Source of the DNA: Escherichia phage vB_EcoM_Kelasse
Length of the DNA stretch: 64,000 nt
Direction: 5' to 3' (one strand)
Sequence record: MW749001.1
Notes under the pieces: model-generated
Seen by the model: only the letters and a program-made list of their open reading frames with translations
What the model was told of the DNA's origin: nothing
The model's database searches: none
Position numbers and translations under genes: made by a program
Shown here: positions 20,562-32,887 of the stretch, piece after piece
Numbering within the stretch: the first letter of the stretch is position 1
Layout: each line of letters opens with the position of its first letter

Positions 20562-20927
20562 TTAAATATCAAATTCGTTAAGAACTACATCAAAGATTGC
20601 TTCCAGATGCTCAGGTTTAGCTCTGTTACTCAGAATATGACGAATCCAAGTTTTAACCAGAAGCTTGCGATTAACGCCATTCCAGCAAGGATGAGTCCCT
20701 AAATCGCGTTGACGGAAATCATCATCCAGAGCGATTTTAAAGTTGGAACCTTCCATTGTGATTGAAACCGTAATGCCATTTTCAAATCGCATATAAACGT
20801 AGTTAGGAGTCATATACTGTTCAATTTCGCATACTGATCCATTTTGATGTTTCCAAAGGCAAATAGTATCAATAGAACCTGCAATACCATTAGAAACATA
20901 TTTACGTTCAAAGTTGATGTAGTTCAT
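20562..20927 (-). CDS. 30.7: Hypothetical protein
   Basis: 121-aa ORF. Confidence 0.5.
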   Translation of the reverse strand: MNYINFERKYVSNGIAGSIDTICLWKHQNGSVCEIEQYMTPNYVYMRFENGITVSITMEGSNFKIALDDDFRQRDLGTHPCWNGVNRKLLVKTWIRHILSNRAKPEHLEAIFDVVLNEFDI

Positions 20928-20953
20928 TTTTATTCTCCGAGATGTTTAATTGC

Positions 20954-20993
20954 GGTACAGGTATATAATATCATATCCTGTACCAAAGTAAAC
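20954..20993 (-). promoter_or_regulatory. Early promoter with an inverted repeat enclosing the -10
   Basis: -35 GTTTAC at 20993..20988, -10 TATTAT at 20970..20965; ggtacagg/cctgtacc inverted repeat. Confidence 0.45.
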
Positions 20994-20995
20994 AA

Positions 20996-21328
20996 TTATT
21001 TTACTACTTTCCAGTGCTGCATGTCAAGTTTACCGACTTTTTTCATCTTCTCAATTAAACGTTCGGCACGTTGGCGAGCTGTAACATAATACCATTCACC
21101 TAATTCATTTTGTTCAATTTTTCCAACGATTACTGTATTCAATTCATAAATCCAACCAGTAAAGAAATTATGAACTTGAATTGTAAAGGTGAAATCTGTT
21201 CCCATACCTTCTGCTGTTTCTACTTCAATAATATCACCTTCAACTGCCATTAAAAACCACATAGTTTCATCATATTTACCATTGAAGCATTTAGTTTTAA
21301 CTGCAGCGTTCAGATTAATCGTTTTCAT
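20996..21328 (-). CDS. 30.8: Hypothetical protein
   Basis: 110-aa ORF. Confidence 0.5.
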   Translation of the reverse strand: MKTINLNAAVKTKCFNGKYDETMWFLMAVEGDIIEVETAEGMGTDFTFTIQVHNFFTGWIYELNTVIVGKIEQNELGEWYYVTARQRAERLIEKMKKVGKLDMQHWKVVK

Positions 21329-21355
21329 TTTATTCTCCTTTGTTTGTGTAAGATA

Positions 21356-21385
21356 ATACTATCACAAAGGAGCTATACTGTAAAC
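21356..21385 (-). promoter_or_regulatory. Early promoter (GTTTACA, 17 bp, TAGTAT)
   Basis: Sits immediately downstream of the 21416..21433 terminator hairpin. Confidence 0.45.
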
Positions 21386-21415
21386 AACTTTATGCAATCT
21401 TTGGAAAATAAAAAA

Positions 21416-21433
21416 GGACTCCCGAAGGAGTCC
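21416..21433 (-). terminator. C(UUCG)G hairpin terminator with a U-tract
   Basis: ggactcccgaaggagtcc; minus-strand RNA continues UUUUUUAUUUU. Confidence 0.55.
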
Positions 21434-21438
21434 TCAAC

Positions 21439-21615
21439 TTATGCTTTCTGCTTACCAAAACGAGAAGCATCATCTCGAAGAACCGCACGTGCTCGGCGCA
21501 TGATCTTCTCAACAGTTTGATTGATACGAGAGTTCGACCCACGCTTGTAGCCAGCGCGTTTAGAATCACCAACTTTCTTTTCAACTGCTTTCTTTGCTTT
21601 AACCTGTTTTGCCAT
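21439..21615 (-). CDS. Small basic protein (30.9 position)
   Basis: 58 aa from internal ATG (MAKQVKAKK...); Lys/Arg-rich; the longer ORF-track start lacks a Shine-Dalgarno. Confidence 0.5.
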   Translation of the reverse strand: MAKQVKAKKAVEKKVGDSKRAGYKRGSNSRINQTVEKIMRRARAVLRDDASRFGKQKA

Positions 21616-21904
21616 TATAAATTCTCTTTTAAATGAAAATGCAGGACTTATTGGCATTGCCTGCGCAAGCCCTCAAGGGGAACATAGGTTTTTGGATATT
21701 TAACGACCAGGATAACCATAAACCCGTCATCATACCACCAAGACTTACACAGATAACACTTTTCTGACGCATGATAGTAACATTCAAGAGGTACACCATA
21801 AAACTGCCGGGGTCTTAAAACTATAATGATTCGCAAATCATTAATCAGACAGTTCGATGGCTCCTCGATTTTAGCTCACACTAAGGCAGTGAATCTCCAA
21901 TAAA

Positions 21905-22153
21905 TTACTTCAGTGTTACCACAAAGTGACGAACTGCTTTTCGTGCAGCAGAAGCCAAAGGCTTAGCATATTTAAGTTCATCTTTTTCCTGAAGCTCAGC
22001 AGCTAATGCAGTTTGAGCAGGATTCAGATGTTTGAAATAACGCAGGATTTCAAGAGCTTCGGCTTCAACATCAATAGATGCGCCATAGTTTTCGTGACCA
22101 TTATTCCATGCGTTTCGTTGCAGTTCAAGAGCGTGTTGTAATTGTTTAATCAT
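21905..22153 (-). CDS. rIII: rIII lysis-inhibition accessory protein
   Basis: 82-aa ORF matching remembered T4 rIII. Confidence 0.8.
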   Translation of the reverse strand: MIKQLQHALELQRNAWNNGHENYGASIDVEAEALEILRYFKHLNPAQTALAAELQEKDELKYAKPLASAARKAVRHFVVTLK

Positions 22154-22300
22154 TTAAAAATTCTCGTTAGAGATTAAAACTCGGTAGTTACGTTCTTCTG
22201 AATTTCATCTTCTTTCGACAGATCTCTCAGTTGTAGACTACCACATAGAATTGTTCGGTTAACTTATTATTCCGACACCCAATTCATATTATTATTTATA

Positions 22301-22636
22301 TCACTTATAAAGACACGGAATAGCTTTATAATGACAGGTAACGAATTTTTGTTTAATTTCTTTTGGCTGCTTAAGACCCAGAGCTACAAAAGGATGCGGA
22401 ACGTTTCGAATTTGACCAACTGGAAGAGAAGTCAAATCACCAACTTCACAAAAACCTTCAGGAACATCAGGACCGACAGAGTGAATTACACACAGTTCAG
22501 GAACTTCACCTTGAACACGTTTACCGATAATAAGTCCTGATTCTGTAACTTCTTCATCACCGGCTTGTGCAGGTTCAGAAACTAAAATAACATATTCACC
22601 GACAGCACGAATTGGTAGCTGTTGTACTTCAGACAT
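22301..22636 (-). CDS. 31: gp31 co-chaperonin (GroES-like)
   Basis: 111-aa ORF matching remembered T4 gp31. Confidence 0.85.
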   Translation of the reverse strand: MSEVQQLPIRAVGEYVILVSEPAQAGDEEVTESGLIIGKRVQGEVPELCVIHSVGPDVPEGFCEVGDLTSLPVGQIRNVPHPFVALGLKQPKEIKQKFVTCHYKAIPCLYK

Positions 22637-22692
22637 CGTTTTTCCTTTTTGCTAACAGATGAATTAATAATAACAAATAATTCTTAAAGCAT

Positions 22693-23001
22693 TTATTTAC
22701 CAATAAATTGAAGCAAATGCTCAACTTTCATACCATTAACAGAAATCAATTTGTCAATAGAAAAACCTCGCCATGCACCAAGTTCAACATCAAATACTGG
22801 AATCATGTCAGTAGATTCTTTCCGAGTAGATTCAGTCAATTTACCGGTTTGCATGGTTGGCATAAAGTCTGCATCACGAGTACCTTTCATAGTACGAATA
22901 GTACCATCAGACTTTTCAAAAACTACGTTTGAAACACCCATGGACAATTTAGTTTTCAAAATTTCGCGAATTGCTACTTTCTGCTCAGTTGTCAGTTTCA
23001 T
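22693..23001 (-). CDS. 31.1: Hypothetical protein
   Basis: 102-aa ORF. Confidence 0.5.
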   Translation of the reverse strand: MKLTTEQKVAIREILKTKLSMGVSNVVFEKSDGTIRTMKGTRDADFMPTMQTGKLTESTRKESTDMIPVFDVELGAWRGFSIDKLISVNGMKVEHLLQFIGK

Positions 23002-23238
23002 TTATTTACCTATCACAGTTTTAATATGAGTTGTTCCACGTTCTTTAAGGGTGGAAAGTAATTTTTGGCATTTTTCTAAATCAGATTTCCAACTATATGG
23101 TCTATCAATACTAGTCCAATCAGTTTTATAATACTGTTTCCATTTAGAGAAAAAATATTTCTTATACTCTACAGCAAATGAGATGTTCTCGTTAGAATAA
23201 GAACTAATTGCTGTGAGCTTTACCAAACGAAATTTCAT
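23002..23238 (-). CDS. 31.2: Hypothetical protein
   Basis: 78-aa ORF. Confidence 0.45.
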   Translation of the reverse strand: MKFRLVKLTAISSYSNENISFAVEYKKYFFSKWKQYYKTDWTSIDRPYSWKSDLEKCQKLLSTLKERGTTHIKTVIGK

Positions 23239-23819
23239 TATTCACCACAGAATTCGTTGATATTTTCCCAGTTTAACTTATTCAAGTTTTTCTTAGGAAC
23301 ATTAAACACTTCAATACCTGCATTTCGCAGAATATCATCCCAGCCAGGTTTATTTTTATCGTATGTTTCGCAATAAACCAGCTTTTTAATACCAGATTGA
23401 GCTATCGCTTTTGCACAATCTGGACAAGGAGAAAGTGTTACATACATAGTAGCACCTTCAATAGAAGAACCATTTCGTGCAGCAAACAAAATTGCATTTA
23501 GTTCAGCATGAATTTCATTTTTAGACGACCATTCAGAGTGAGCGCTACGGTGTTCTTTCGCCAAGACAAAGCGATCAGTTGAACCAAATGATACGCATTC
23601 AGGCTTATAGCCTTGGATGATAGTATGTTTAGGTTTATTCAGCAACCAACCTTGCTCAGCGGCATAATCACAACAGTTCACACCTCCTGCGGGTGAACCA
23701 TTATACCCAGTAGAAATAATACGTCCATTCTTTTCAATTACTGCTCCTACCTTCCAGGAGCAACATTTTGATTCTTGTGATACTAAATATGCAATTTGAA
23801 GTACTGTACTCGCTTTCAT
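23238..23819 (-). CDS. cd: dCMP deaminase
   Basis: 193-aa ORF; zinc-ligand-like motifs HAELNA and SPCPDC. Confidence 0.85.
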   Translation of the reverse strand: MKASTVLQIAYLVSQESKCCSWKVGAVIEKNGRIISTGYNGSPAGGVNCCDYAAEQGWLLNKPKHTIIQGYKPECVSFGSTDRFVLAKEHRSAHSEWSSKNEIHAELNAILFAARNGSSIEGATMYVTLSPCPDCAKAIAQSGIKKLVYCETYDKNKPGWDDILRNAGIEVFNVPKKNLNKLNWENINEFCGE

Positions 23820-24154
23820 TTCATAATCACCAGATAAGCAGATTTAGCAGTTTCAACACGATAAATTTCGTGACGAAGTTTAGTTATACTTTTAATAACA
23901 GAACTAATTATATTCTGCCCATCTTTAAAGCGGTTTTTCTTATCAATAAAAATTGCGCCAACCATCTTTTTGTGAAGCTCAACTGGATACTTCGTCACAA
24001 TAATAGCATCATATACGGAAGGATGAATACTATTCACCAGAGTGTCATTCATTAAAGTTATTCTAATGAACTGAGCTGTTTCAGAGTCAAGCGCTCTATG
24101 ATCGCCAGTATCATTTTCAAGACAATTATCAATTATATCAGTTAAATTCATCAT
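23816..24154 (-). CDS. cd.1: Hypothetical protein
   Basis: 112-aa ORF. Confidence 0.45.
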   Translation of the reverse strand: MMNLTDIIDNCLENDTGDHRALDSETAQFIRITLMNDTLVNSIHPSVYDAIIVTKYPVELHKKMVGAIFIDKKNRFKDGQNIISSVIKSITKLRHEIYRVETAKSAYLVIMK

Positions 24155-24390
24155 AGTACGCCATACACCCTTTGTGCTTCAACTAATCCATCAAAATCCA
24201 ATTTGAGATGTGTTATTTGATCACCATCACCTGGATTCACAATTACTAATACTGAACGAGGAGTTTCGGTAATAACACGAACCGATGTTTCAGGAAATCG
24301 TTCAGAAACCTTATTTACCAATTCCTGTGCAAATAGCTTAACTTTTTCTTGGAATTCTTTAACAGTAATCGGTTTTTCACTTAGCAGCAT
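24151..24390 (-). CDS. cd.2: Hypothetical protein
   Basis: 79-aa ORF. Confidence 0.45.
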   Translation of the reverse strand: MLLSEKPITVKEFQEKVKLFAQELVNKVSERFPETSVRVITETPRSVLVIVNPGDGDQITHLKLDFDGLVEAQRVYGVL

Positions 24391-24410
24391 TTTGTTTTCC
24401 TCATTTGTTT

Positions 24411-24449
24411 GGTAGAGCTATAATATCACAACTCTACCGTAAAGTAAAC
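24411..24449 (-). promoter_or_regulatory. Early promoter with an inverted repeat enclosing the -10
   Basis: -35 GTTTAC at 24449..24444; ggtagag/ctctacc inverted repeat around TATTAT. Confidence 0.45.
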
Positions 24450-24451
24450 TA

Positions 24452-24757
24452 TTAAATTGCTTTGAATTCTGCTGTCTGCGATTCAAAACGAATATCGCCT
24501 TTGATAACTAGCTCAGCATCAAGACCGAATACAACAATGATATGCGCGGAACCTGGATACAACGTAATTGCAATAGAATCCACCTGGTCTGGAAGCAAAG
24601 TGTTCAATACATGAGTCACTTGAGCATGGATTCGAAGCTCGGCTGCGTTATCAAGCTTTTCAAACATGTTATTAGCGATAATTTGGCTAAACACTACTTC
24701 TACGATTTTAGAGTAAGTCGGAAACATATTTACCTCACATAATTTTCTTCGAGCCAA
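24452..24757 (-). CDS. cd.3: Hypothetical protein
   Basis: 101-aa ORF. Confidence 0.45.
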   Translation of the reverse strand: MARRKLCEVNMFPTYSKIVEVVFSQIIANNMFEKLDNAAELRIHAQVTHVLNTLLPDQVDSIAITLYPGSAHIIVVFGLDAELVIKGDIRFESQTAEFKAI

Positions 24758-24930
24758 TCAATAACATCCAAAGCGTTATCAAAAGTTGAACCATCTACTT
24801 TGTCTTCTGTTTCATAATCAAGAACATCTAAGCCTACTCTTCCATCAACAATAGGCCATAAACAAAATAGATATTTCTTTTCTTTTTCAATTTTATCACA
24901 AAGTCGATAAATCTTTTCTATGTTATTCAT
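24730..24930 (-). CDS. cd.4: Hypothetical protein
   Basis: 66-aa ORF. Confidence 0.4.
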   Translation of the reverse strand: MNNIEKIYRLCDKIEKEKKYLFCLWPIVDGRVGLDVLDYETEDKVDGSTFDNALDVIDWLEENYVR

Positions 24931-25119
24931 AAGTTTTCCATGGTAAAGGCAGTTTAGTTTTCTTTACTGTTAGTTCAACACCAGGATTCTTTTCTCTTAA
25001 TTTAAGGCATTCCTCCCAAGCTCTGATTTCACTAGTGAATACACAAAATTGCCCATTACTAGTACCAACTAAACCACTATTTACAATAATAATAGCCCAA
25101 GTTTCATGATGCCACGCCA

Positions 25120-25120
<1 letters not shown>
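24923..25120 (-). CDS. cd.5: Hypothetical protein
   Basis: 65-aa ORF. Confidence 0.4.
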
Positions 25121-26345
<1,225 letters not shown>

Positions 26346-26348
26346 TTA

Positions 26349-26579
26349 TTATTTCTCAACCAATGATTGAATATAATCATGCAAGTCTTTAGATGCTTTA
26401 CCCCACTTATTTTGGTATTCATTTTTAAGATTAGCCCGAGATTGAGCTAATAAAACATCATTAGTTGGAGGTAAAGATTCTAATCGTTGAATCTGGCGTC
26501 CATAAATCATTGCAGCCATCTCGGATTCATAAATCAATCCTTTGAGATGTTCAAATTGATGCCATGAAATCATTTGCAT
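26349..26579 (-). CDS. Hypothetical protein
   Basis: 76-aa ORF. Confidence 0.45.
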   Translation of the reverse strand: MQMISWHQFEHLKGLIYESEMAAMIYGRQIQRLESLPPTNDVLLAQSRANLKNEYQNKWGKASKDLHDYIQSLVEK

Positions 26580-26869
26580 TTATCCTCTTTTAGCTCTTGA
26601 CGATAATAACATATCATAGTTTTTTGGTCATGTACATATCGTTTTACATCATTAAGCCAAATACGAAATTCCTGGGAATCTTCAAATGGCATACCGACCC
26701 AAGCTTTACCATCAATAACTTTAACTTGCCAAGATAGTTTAGCTTCATCATATGACTTTATTTGTACAGGCCAATTAGGATGAACTGTTTCTTTCTTTAC
26801 TTCTAGAGGCTTTGTCGAACAACCAACTAGAAGACCAATAGATAATATTACTGCTGATAGTTTAATCAT
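26570..26869 (-). CDS. pseT.2: o-spanin (outer-membrane lipoprotein, Rz1-like)
   Basis: Signal peptide with lipobox LLVGC; 99 aa; directly follows the i-spanin ORF. Confidence 0.65.
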   Translation of the reverse strand: MIKLSAVILSIGLLVGCSTKPLEVKKETVHPNWPVQIKSYDEAKLSWQVKVIDGKAWVGMPFEDSQEFRIWLNDVKRYVHDQKTMICYYRQELKEDKCK

Positions 26870-27219
26870 TTAGAAAGGTCCTGGATGTCTTCTGCGAACT
26901 TGTTGAAGGAGTTGTTGATTTGTTTTTCAACCAATCCTGGCTTATGAGCCACCACATCCGCCTTCTTTGCGTCTTTGCGCAGTTTTTCATTTTCACGCTC
27001 AATAGCAGCAATTGCCTCACGATTTTTATTATTCATCGCATCAATATAATTATACTGAATTCGCAAATTATTTAATGCTAAAGCGTTTTCATTGGCCGTT
27101 TTTGTAATTTCTACAACAGACGTTTCTAATCTTTCAATTTTATTTTTTAAAATTAAAGAAGTTCCGCCCAATGCAATTACAATTAATAGCAAGCCTGCTG
27201 TCGTATTACTTAATTGCAT
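26866..27219 (-). CDS. pseT.3: i-spanin (Rz-like)
   Basis: N-terminal transmembrane segment followed by a charged, coiled-coil-like region; 117 aa. Confidence 0.65.
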   Translation of the reverse strand: MQLSNTTAGLLLIVIALGGTSLILKNKIERLETSVVEITKTANENALALNNLRIQYNYIDAMNNKNREAIAAIERENEKLRKDAKKADVVAHKPGLVEKQINNSFNKFAEDIQDLSK

Positions 27220-27713
27220 AAAGTTTTAATAACCTCTATAATATCGTCTTGAGAAAGACCGTTAATTAAAATATGATGTTCAGCCGGAGATTTAGAAATT
27301 TTAAAGCATGCCTCAACATCTTCTGCCATATCTGATGCGCTACGATTTGGATTACTAATTCCAAGACGATGTTTTCCCGTCAAAGGATTAACGATGATAT
27401 AGCATTTACAGTTGTTAATATGAACATTAGGTTGAGTCTGATTAATGAACACATCACAATCATATTTCGCAAGCTGATTTTCTAAAAAGACTTTCATCTC
27501 CTCAACTGCATCAGGAAGCATATCACGGGCTTGCTCAAGACGACGATTTCGATATTCTTTAATGGTCGTTTTCCGCTTGACTTGCTTAGCTAAATCTTTC
27601 TTAAGATCGGTGATATATCCAACTCGACGATTTCCTTTGAATACAGAAATCCCATCTGTAGTATCACCGTATGCTTCAACGACCATTTCAGTAGTAATAA
27701 GTTGTAAATCCAT
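27210..27713 (-). CDS. alc: Alc, host transcription terminator
   Basis: 167 aa from the second Met; synteny pseT to alc to rnlA. Confidence 0.75.
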   Translation of the reverse strand: MDLQLITTEMVVEAYGDTTDGISVFKGNRRVGYITDLKKDLAKQVKRKTTIKEYRNRRLEQARDMLPDAVEEMKVFLENQLAKYDCDVFINQTQPNVHINNCKCYIIVNPLTGKHRLGISNPNRSASDMAEDVEACFKISKSPAEHHILINGLSQDDIIEVIKTLCN

Positions 27714-27744
27714 CATAAAGTCCTCATGTTATGTCAGTAAGACT

Positions 27745-27774
27745 ACTATAACACAACACGAGGGACTTGTAAAC
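27745..27774 (-). promoter_or_regulatory. Early promoter, cassette copy B
   Basis: 54 bp (27721..27774) identical to 12372..12425, including the GAGGA Shine-Dalgarno. Confidence 0.55.
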
Positions 27775-27777
27775 AGC

Positions 27778-29365
<1,588 letters not shown>

Positions 29366-29373
29366 AATAAAAT

Positions 29374-29387
29374 GGGCCTTGCGGCCC
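29374..29387 (-). other. Hairpin with GCAA loop between nrdB and denA
   Basis: gggccttgcggccc. Confidence 0.4.
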
Positions 29388-29392
29388 ACTCC

Positions 29393-30571
29393 TTAAAAAT
29401 ATTTTTTAAAACTCATCATAACTTTATCATCAACATCATTATCAATCTGTGCTACAAGGTAAGATGACAGTTCTACTTCTTGCGGCGCGGATTGAACATT
29501 ATCAGAATTAAGGTATTCACGAATCCAAGGATATGGATGTTTAACCGGAGCATCGGTAATTGGACATGGAAGACCGCACTGTTTCATACGAGATACAGTT
29601 AAGTAATCAATAAAGCTCCACATGCTATTTGTATTTAATCCAGGAACATCGCCATCTTTAAATAAATGAACTGCCCAATCTTTTTCTTGGCGGTTAACTT
29701 CCATGAAAATATCAACTGCTTCTTGTTCACACTCTTGAGCAATTTTAACCCATTCATCGCCATCAGTACCAGATTGAAGTTGACGAATAATATATTGGGT
29801 GCCTTTAAGGTGAAGCTGTTCATCGCGTGCAATGAACTTCATAATCTTGGCATTACCTTCCATGATTTCCATGTTCTTATGGAAGTTAAAGGTACATGCG
29901 AAAGATACATAAAAACGAATAGCTTCCAATGCATTGATTACATGCAAACAGAGGTAAAGAGATTTCATTAGCTCACGCTTCCAATATGTCTCATGCTCAA
30001 TAGCATCTTCAATAACGTCTTCGTCTGCATTAATTTCTTTTTGGTATTCGATATCAGCTTTAGCGTTTTCCCAATAACGAGTTTTAATCAGAACATCATC
30101 ATAATAACGTCCAATGGATTCAGCACGTTTCATAATAGCTTCATCTAATACAATTTCATCAAATACCTTCGATGGATCAGTATAAAGATTTCGCATGATA
30201 TGAGTATATGAACGACTGTGAATAGTTTCACTAAAAGTCCATGTAGCAACCCATGTATCAAGGCTTGGGTCTGAAATTAATGACATAAGTACAGCAGATG
30301 GCGCGCGACCCTGAATGCTATCTAAAAGTGATTGATACTTCAAGTTGTTAGTAAAAATATTTTGCTGATACTGAGGAAGCTTGTTAAATTGCGCAGCATC
30401 CATCATTAAGTTTACTTCTTCAGGACGCCAGAAAAATGACAACTGCTTTTCGGTTAAATCTTCAAAAACTTTATGACGTTGAATATCATAACGCGCAATA
30501 CCAAGGCCTGAACCAAAAAACATAGGTTCTTTTAAAACATCAACTGGATTTGTATTAAAAACTGTGCTCAT
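29393..30571 (-). CDS. nrdB: Ribonucleotide reductase small subunit; uninterrupted, no intron
   Basis: Contiguous 392-aa ORF; di-iron ligand E..H motifs present. Confidence 0.88.
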   Translation of the reverse strand: MSTVFNTNPVDVLKEPMFFGSGLGIARYDIQRHKVFEDLTEKQLSFFWRPEEVNLMMDAAQFNKLPQYQQNIFTNNLKYQSLLDSIQGRAPSAVLMSLISDPSLDTWVATWTFSETIHSRSYTHIMRNLYTDPSKVFDEIVLDEAIMKRAESIGRYYDDVLIKTRYWENAKADIEYQKEINADEDVIEDAIEHETYWKRELMKSLYLCLHVINALEAIRFYVSFACTFNFHKNMEIMEGNAKIMKFIARDEQLHLKGTQYIIRQLQSGTDGDEWVKIAQECEQEAVDIFMEVNRQEKDWAVHLFKDGDVPGLNTNSMWSFIDYLTVSRMKQCGLPCPITDAPVKHPYPWIREYLNSDNVQSAPQEVELSSYLVAQIDNDVDDKVMMSFKKYF

Positions 30572-30622
30572 AAATTTTCCACTTAGTTAATAGTTGGTGA
30601 CTCGTCCGTGAGTCAAATTATA

Positions 30623-32887
30623 TCATAATTTACAGGATGAACAATCTTCAGCTTTTGGAGTTTCTATTTCATAATCATCAGTACCAGAACCATCACGGGT
30701 ATTATGATAATAGAAATTTTTTCCGCCAAAATACCAGAAATACAAAAGGTCATCAATCATTATTGACATTGGAACCTTTCCTTTTGGAAAAATCTGCGGG
30801 TCATAATATGTATTCGCTGAAGCTGATTGACATACCCATTTAAGCATAATAGCTACTTGCGTAAGATAAGGTTTATTACCTTTCTTAGCTAATTTCCACG
30901 TATAATCATAGAGGTCTATGTTATGCTCAATATTGGGCACGACTTGATTAAAGGAACCCTCTTTTGATTCTTTAACAGAGACTGGTCCACGTGGAGGCTC
31001 GATACCATTTGTACTATTAGAAACTTGGGAAGATGACTCACATGGCATAAGTGCTGATAATGTGCTATTACGGATGCCAAAGAGCTTAAGGTCTTCCCGC
31101 AGCGACGACCAGTCACAAACGTATTTTGGAGCTGCGATTTGGTCAATCTTTTTATTGTACCAGTCGATAGGTAATTCGCCTCGAGACCAACGAGTGTCTG
31201 AATAATATTCGCAAGGTCCTTTTTCTTTGGCGAGCTTAATGGATGCTTTAATGAGTCCATACTGCAATCTCTCAAATAGTTCATGTGTTAAATCGTTAGC
31301 GTCTTCATAAGAAGCAAAATTACTTGCCAGCCAAGCTGCATAGTTAGTAACACCTACACCGAGATTTCGACGCTTTTTAGCTTTTTCTGCTTCAGGAACT
31401 GGATATCCTTGGTAATCTAAAAGATTATCAAGAGCACGAACTTGGACTTCTGCTAATTCATTAATTTTATCTTGGTCTTGCCAATCGAAGTTATCTAACA
31501 CAAATGCAGATAACGTGCACAATCCAATTTCAGCATCAGGACTATTCACATCATTTGTTGGAATAGCAATTTCACAACACAAGTTACTCTGACGAATAGG
31601 TGCCTTTTCACGAATAAATGGAGTATAGTTATTCGTATTATCAATGAACTGTACATAAATCCTTGCTGTTCCTGAGCGTTCAGTCATGAGCAATTCAAAC
31701 AGTTCACGGGCTTTAATGCGCTTTTTACGAATATTAGGGTCTTTTTCTGCGGCTTCGTATAATTCACGGAAACGGTCTTGGTCTTTAAAATAAGAATAAT
31801 AAAGCTCGCCACCCATTTCATGCGGACTGAACAAAGTAATGTAATCATTCTTTCCGAATCGTTCCATCATTAGGTCATTCAGTTGAACGCCATAATCCAT
31901 ATGACGGATACGGTTTTCTTCTACACCTTTGTTATTTTTCAAAACGAGAAGATTTTCAACTTCCAAATGCCAAATAGGATAATAAGCAGTAGCAGCGCCG
32001 CCACGAATTCCACCCTGTGAGCATGATTTAACAGCAGTCTGAAAATGTTTCCAAAAAGGAATAACACCAGTATGGCGTACTTCACCTGTGCCAATCTTAG
32101 AACCTTCGGCACGAATCATACCAACGTTAATACCAATTCCAGCGCGTTTAGAGATATATTCAACAATTGAAGCGGAAGCCTTATTGATAGACTTCAATGA
32201 ATCACCTGCCTCAATAACAACGCATGAACTAAACTGTCGAGTCGGAGTACGACATCCAGCCATAATAGGAGTTGGCAATGAAATCTGTCGAGTAGATACT
32301 GCTTCATAAAAACGAATAACATGTTTTAATCTATCAACAGGTTCATCTTGATGCAATGCCATTCCAATAGTCATAAATGCAAACTGCGGAGTTTCATAAA
32401 TTTGACCAGTGGTTTTATCTTTAACAAGATATTTTTCTTTTAATTGCATCGCCCCGGAATAAGTAAATTCCATATCCCGCTCGTGCTTAATTTTTGATTC
32501 TAAAAATGTAATTTCTTCTGCTGAATATTTTGACAATAATTCAGGGTCATATTTACCTTCATTTACACAGTAAGAAATATGGTCAATAAATGAACGCGGT
32601 TCATACTGCCCATAAACATGCTTACGAAGAGCAAACATTAAACAGCGTGCAGCTACATATTGATAATCAGGTTCTTCAACCGAAATAGAATTCGCAGCGG
32701 CCTTAATGACAATAGTCTGAATATCATCAGTTGTCATTCCATCACGGAGATAAGATTTAATATTTTCATATAATTCATAAGGATCTACTGATGTTCCTTC
32801 AGCTGCCCAAGATAAAACTTTAATAATTTTTTGCGGGTCAAAGCTCTGAGAAACACCACTACTTTTGATAACATTAATTAATTGCAT
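30623..32887 (-). CDS. nrdA: Ribonucleotide reductase large subunit
   Basis: 754-aa ORF; active-site NLCCEI region; follows nrdB with no intervening ORF. Confidence 0.9.
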   Translation of the reverse strand: MQLINVIKSSGVSQSFDPQKIIKVLSWAAEGTSVDPYELYENIKSYLRDGMTTDDIQTIVIKAAANSISVEEPDYQYVAARCLMFALRKHVYGQYEPRSFIDHISYCVNEGKYDPELLSKYSAEEITFLESKIKHERDMEFTYSGAMQLKEKYLVKDKTTGQIYETPQFAFMTIGMALHQDEPVDRLKHVIRFYEAVSTRQISLPTPIMAGCRTPTRQFSSCVVIEAGDSLKSINKASASIVEYISKRAGIGINVGMIRAEGSKIGTGEVRHTGVIPFWKHFQTAVKSCSQGGIRGGAATAYYPIWHLEVENLLVLKNNKGVEENRIRHMDYGVQLNDLMMERFGKNDYITLFSPHEMGGELYYSYFKDQDRFRELYEAAEKDPNIRKKRIKARELFELLMTERSGTARIYVQFIDNTNNYTPFIREKAPIRQSNLCCEIAIPTNDVNSPDAEIGLCTLSAFVLDNFDWQDQDKINELAEVQVRALDNLLDYQGYPVPEAEKAKKRRNLGVGVTNYAAWLASNFASYEDANDLTHELFERLQYGLIKASIKLAKEKGPCEYYSDTRWSRGELPIDWYNKKIDQIAAPKYVCDWSSLREDLKLFGIRNSTLSALMPCESSSQVSNSTNGIEPPRGPVSVKESKEGSFNQVVPNIEHNIDLYDYTWKLAKKGNKPYLTQVAIMLKWVCQSASANTYYDPQIFPKGKVPMSIMIDDLLYFWYFGGKNFYYHNTRDGSGTDDYEIETPKAEDCSSCKL

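Noticed and set aside
21390-21584. 64-aa ORF overlapping the small basic protein gene in another frame
   Set aside because: The basic ORF 21439..21615 has the more plausible start and is followed by a terminator hairpin.
21648-21836. 62-aa minus-strand ORF between rIII and the 30.9-position gene
   Set aside because: Cys/Trp-rich translation with no Shine-Dalgarno; more likely noncoding. The interval is reported as a finding instead.
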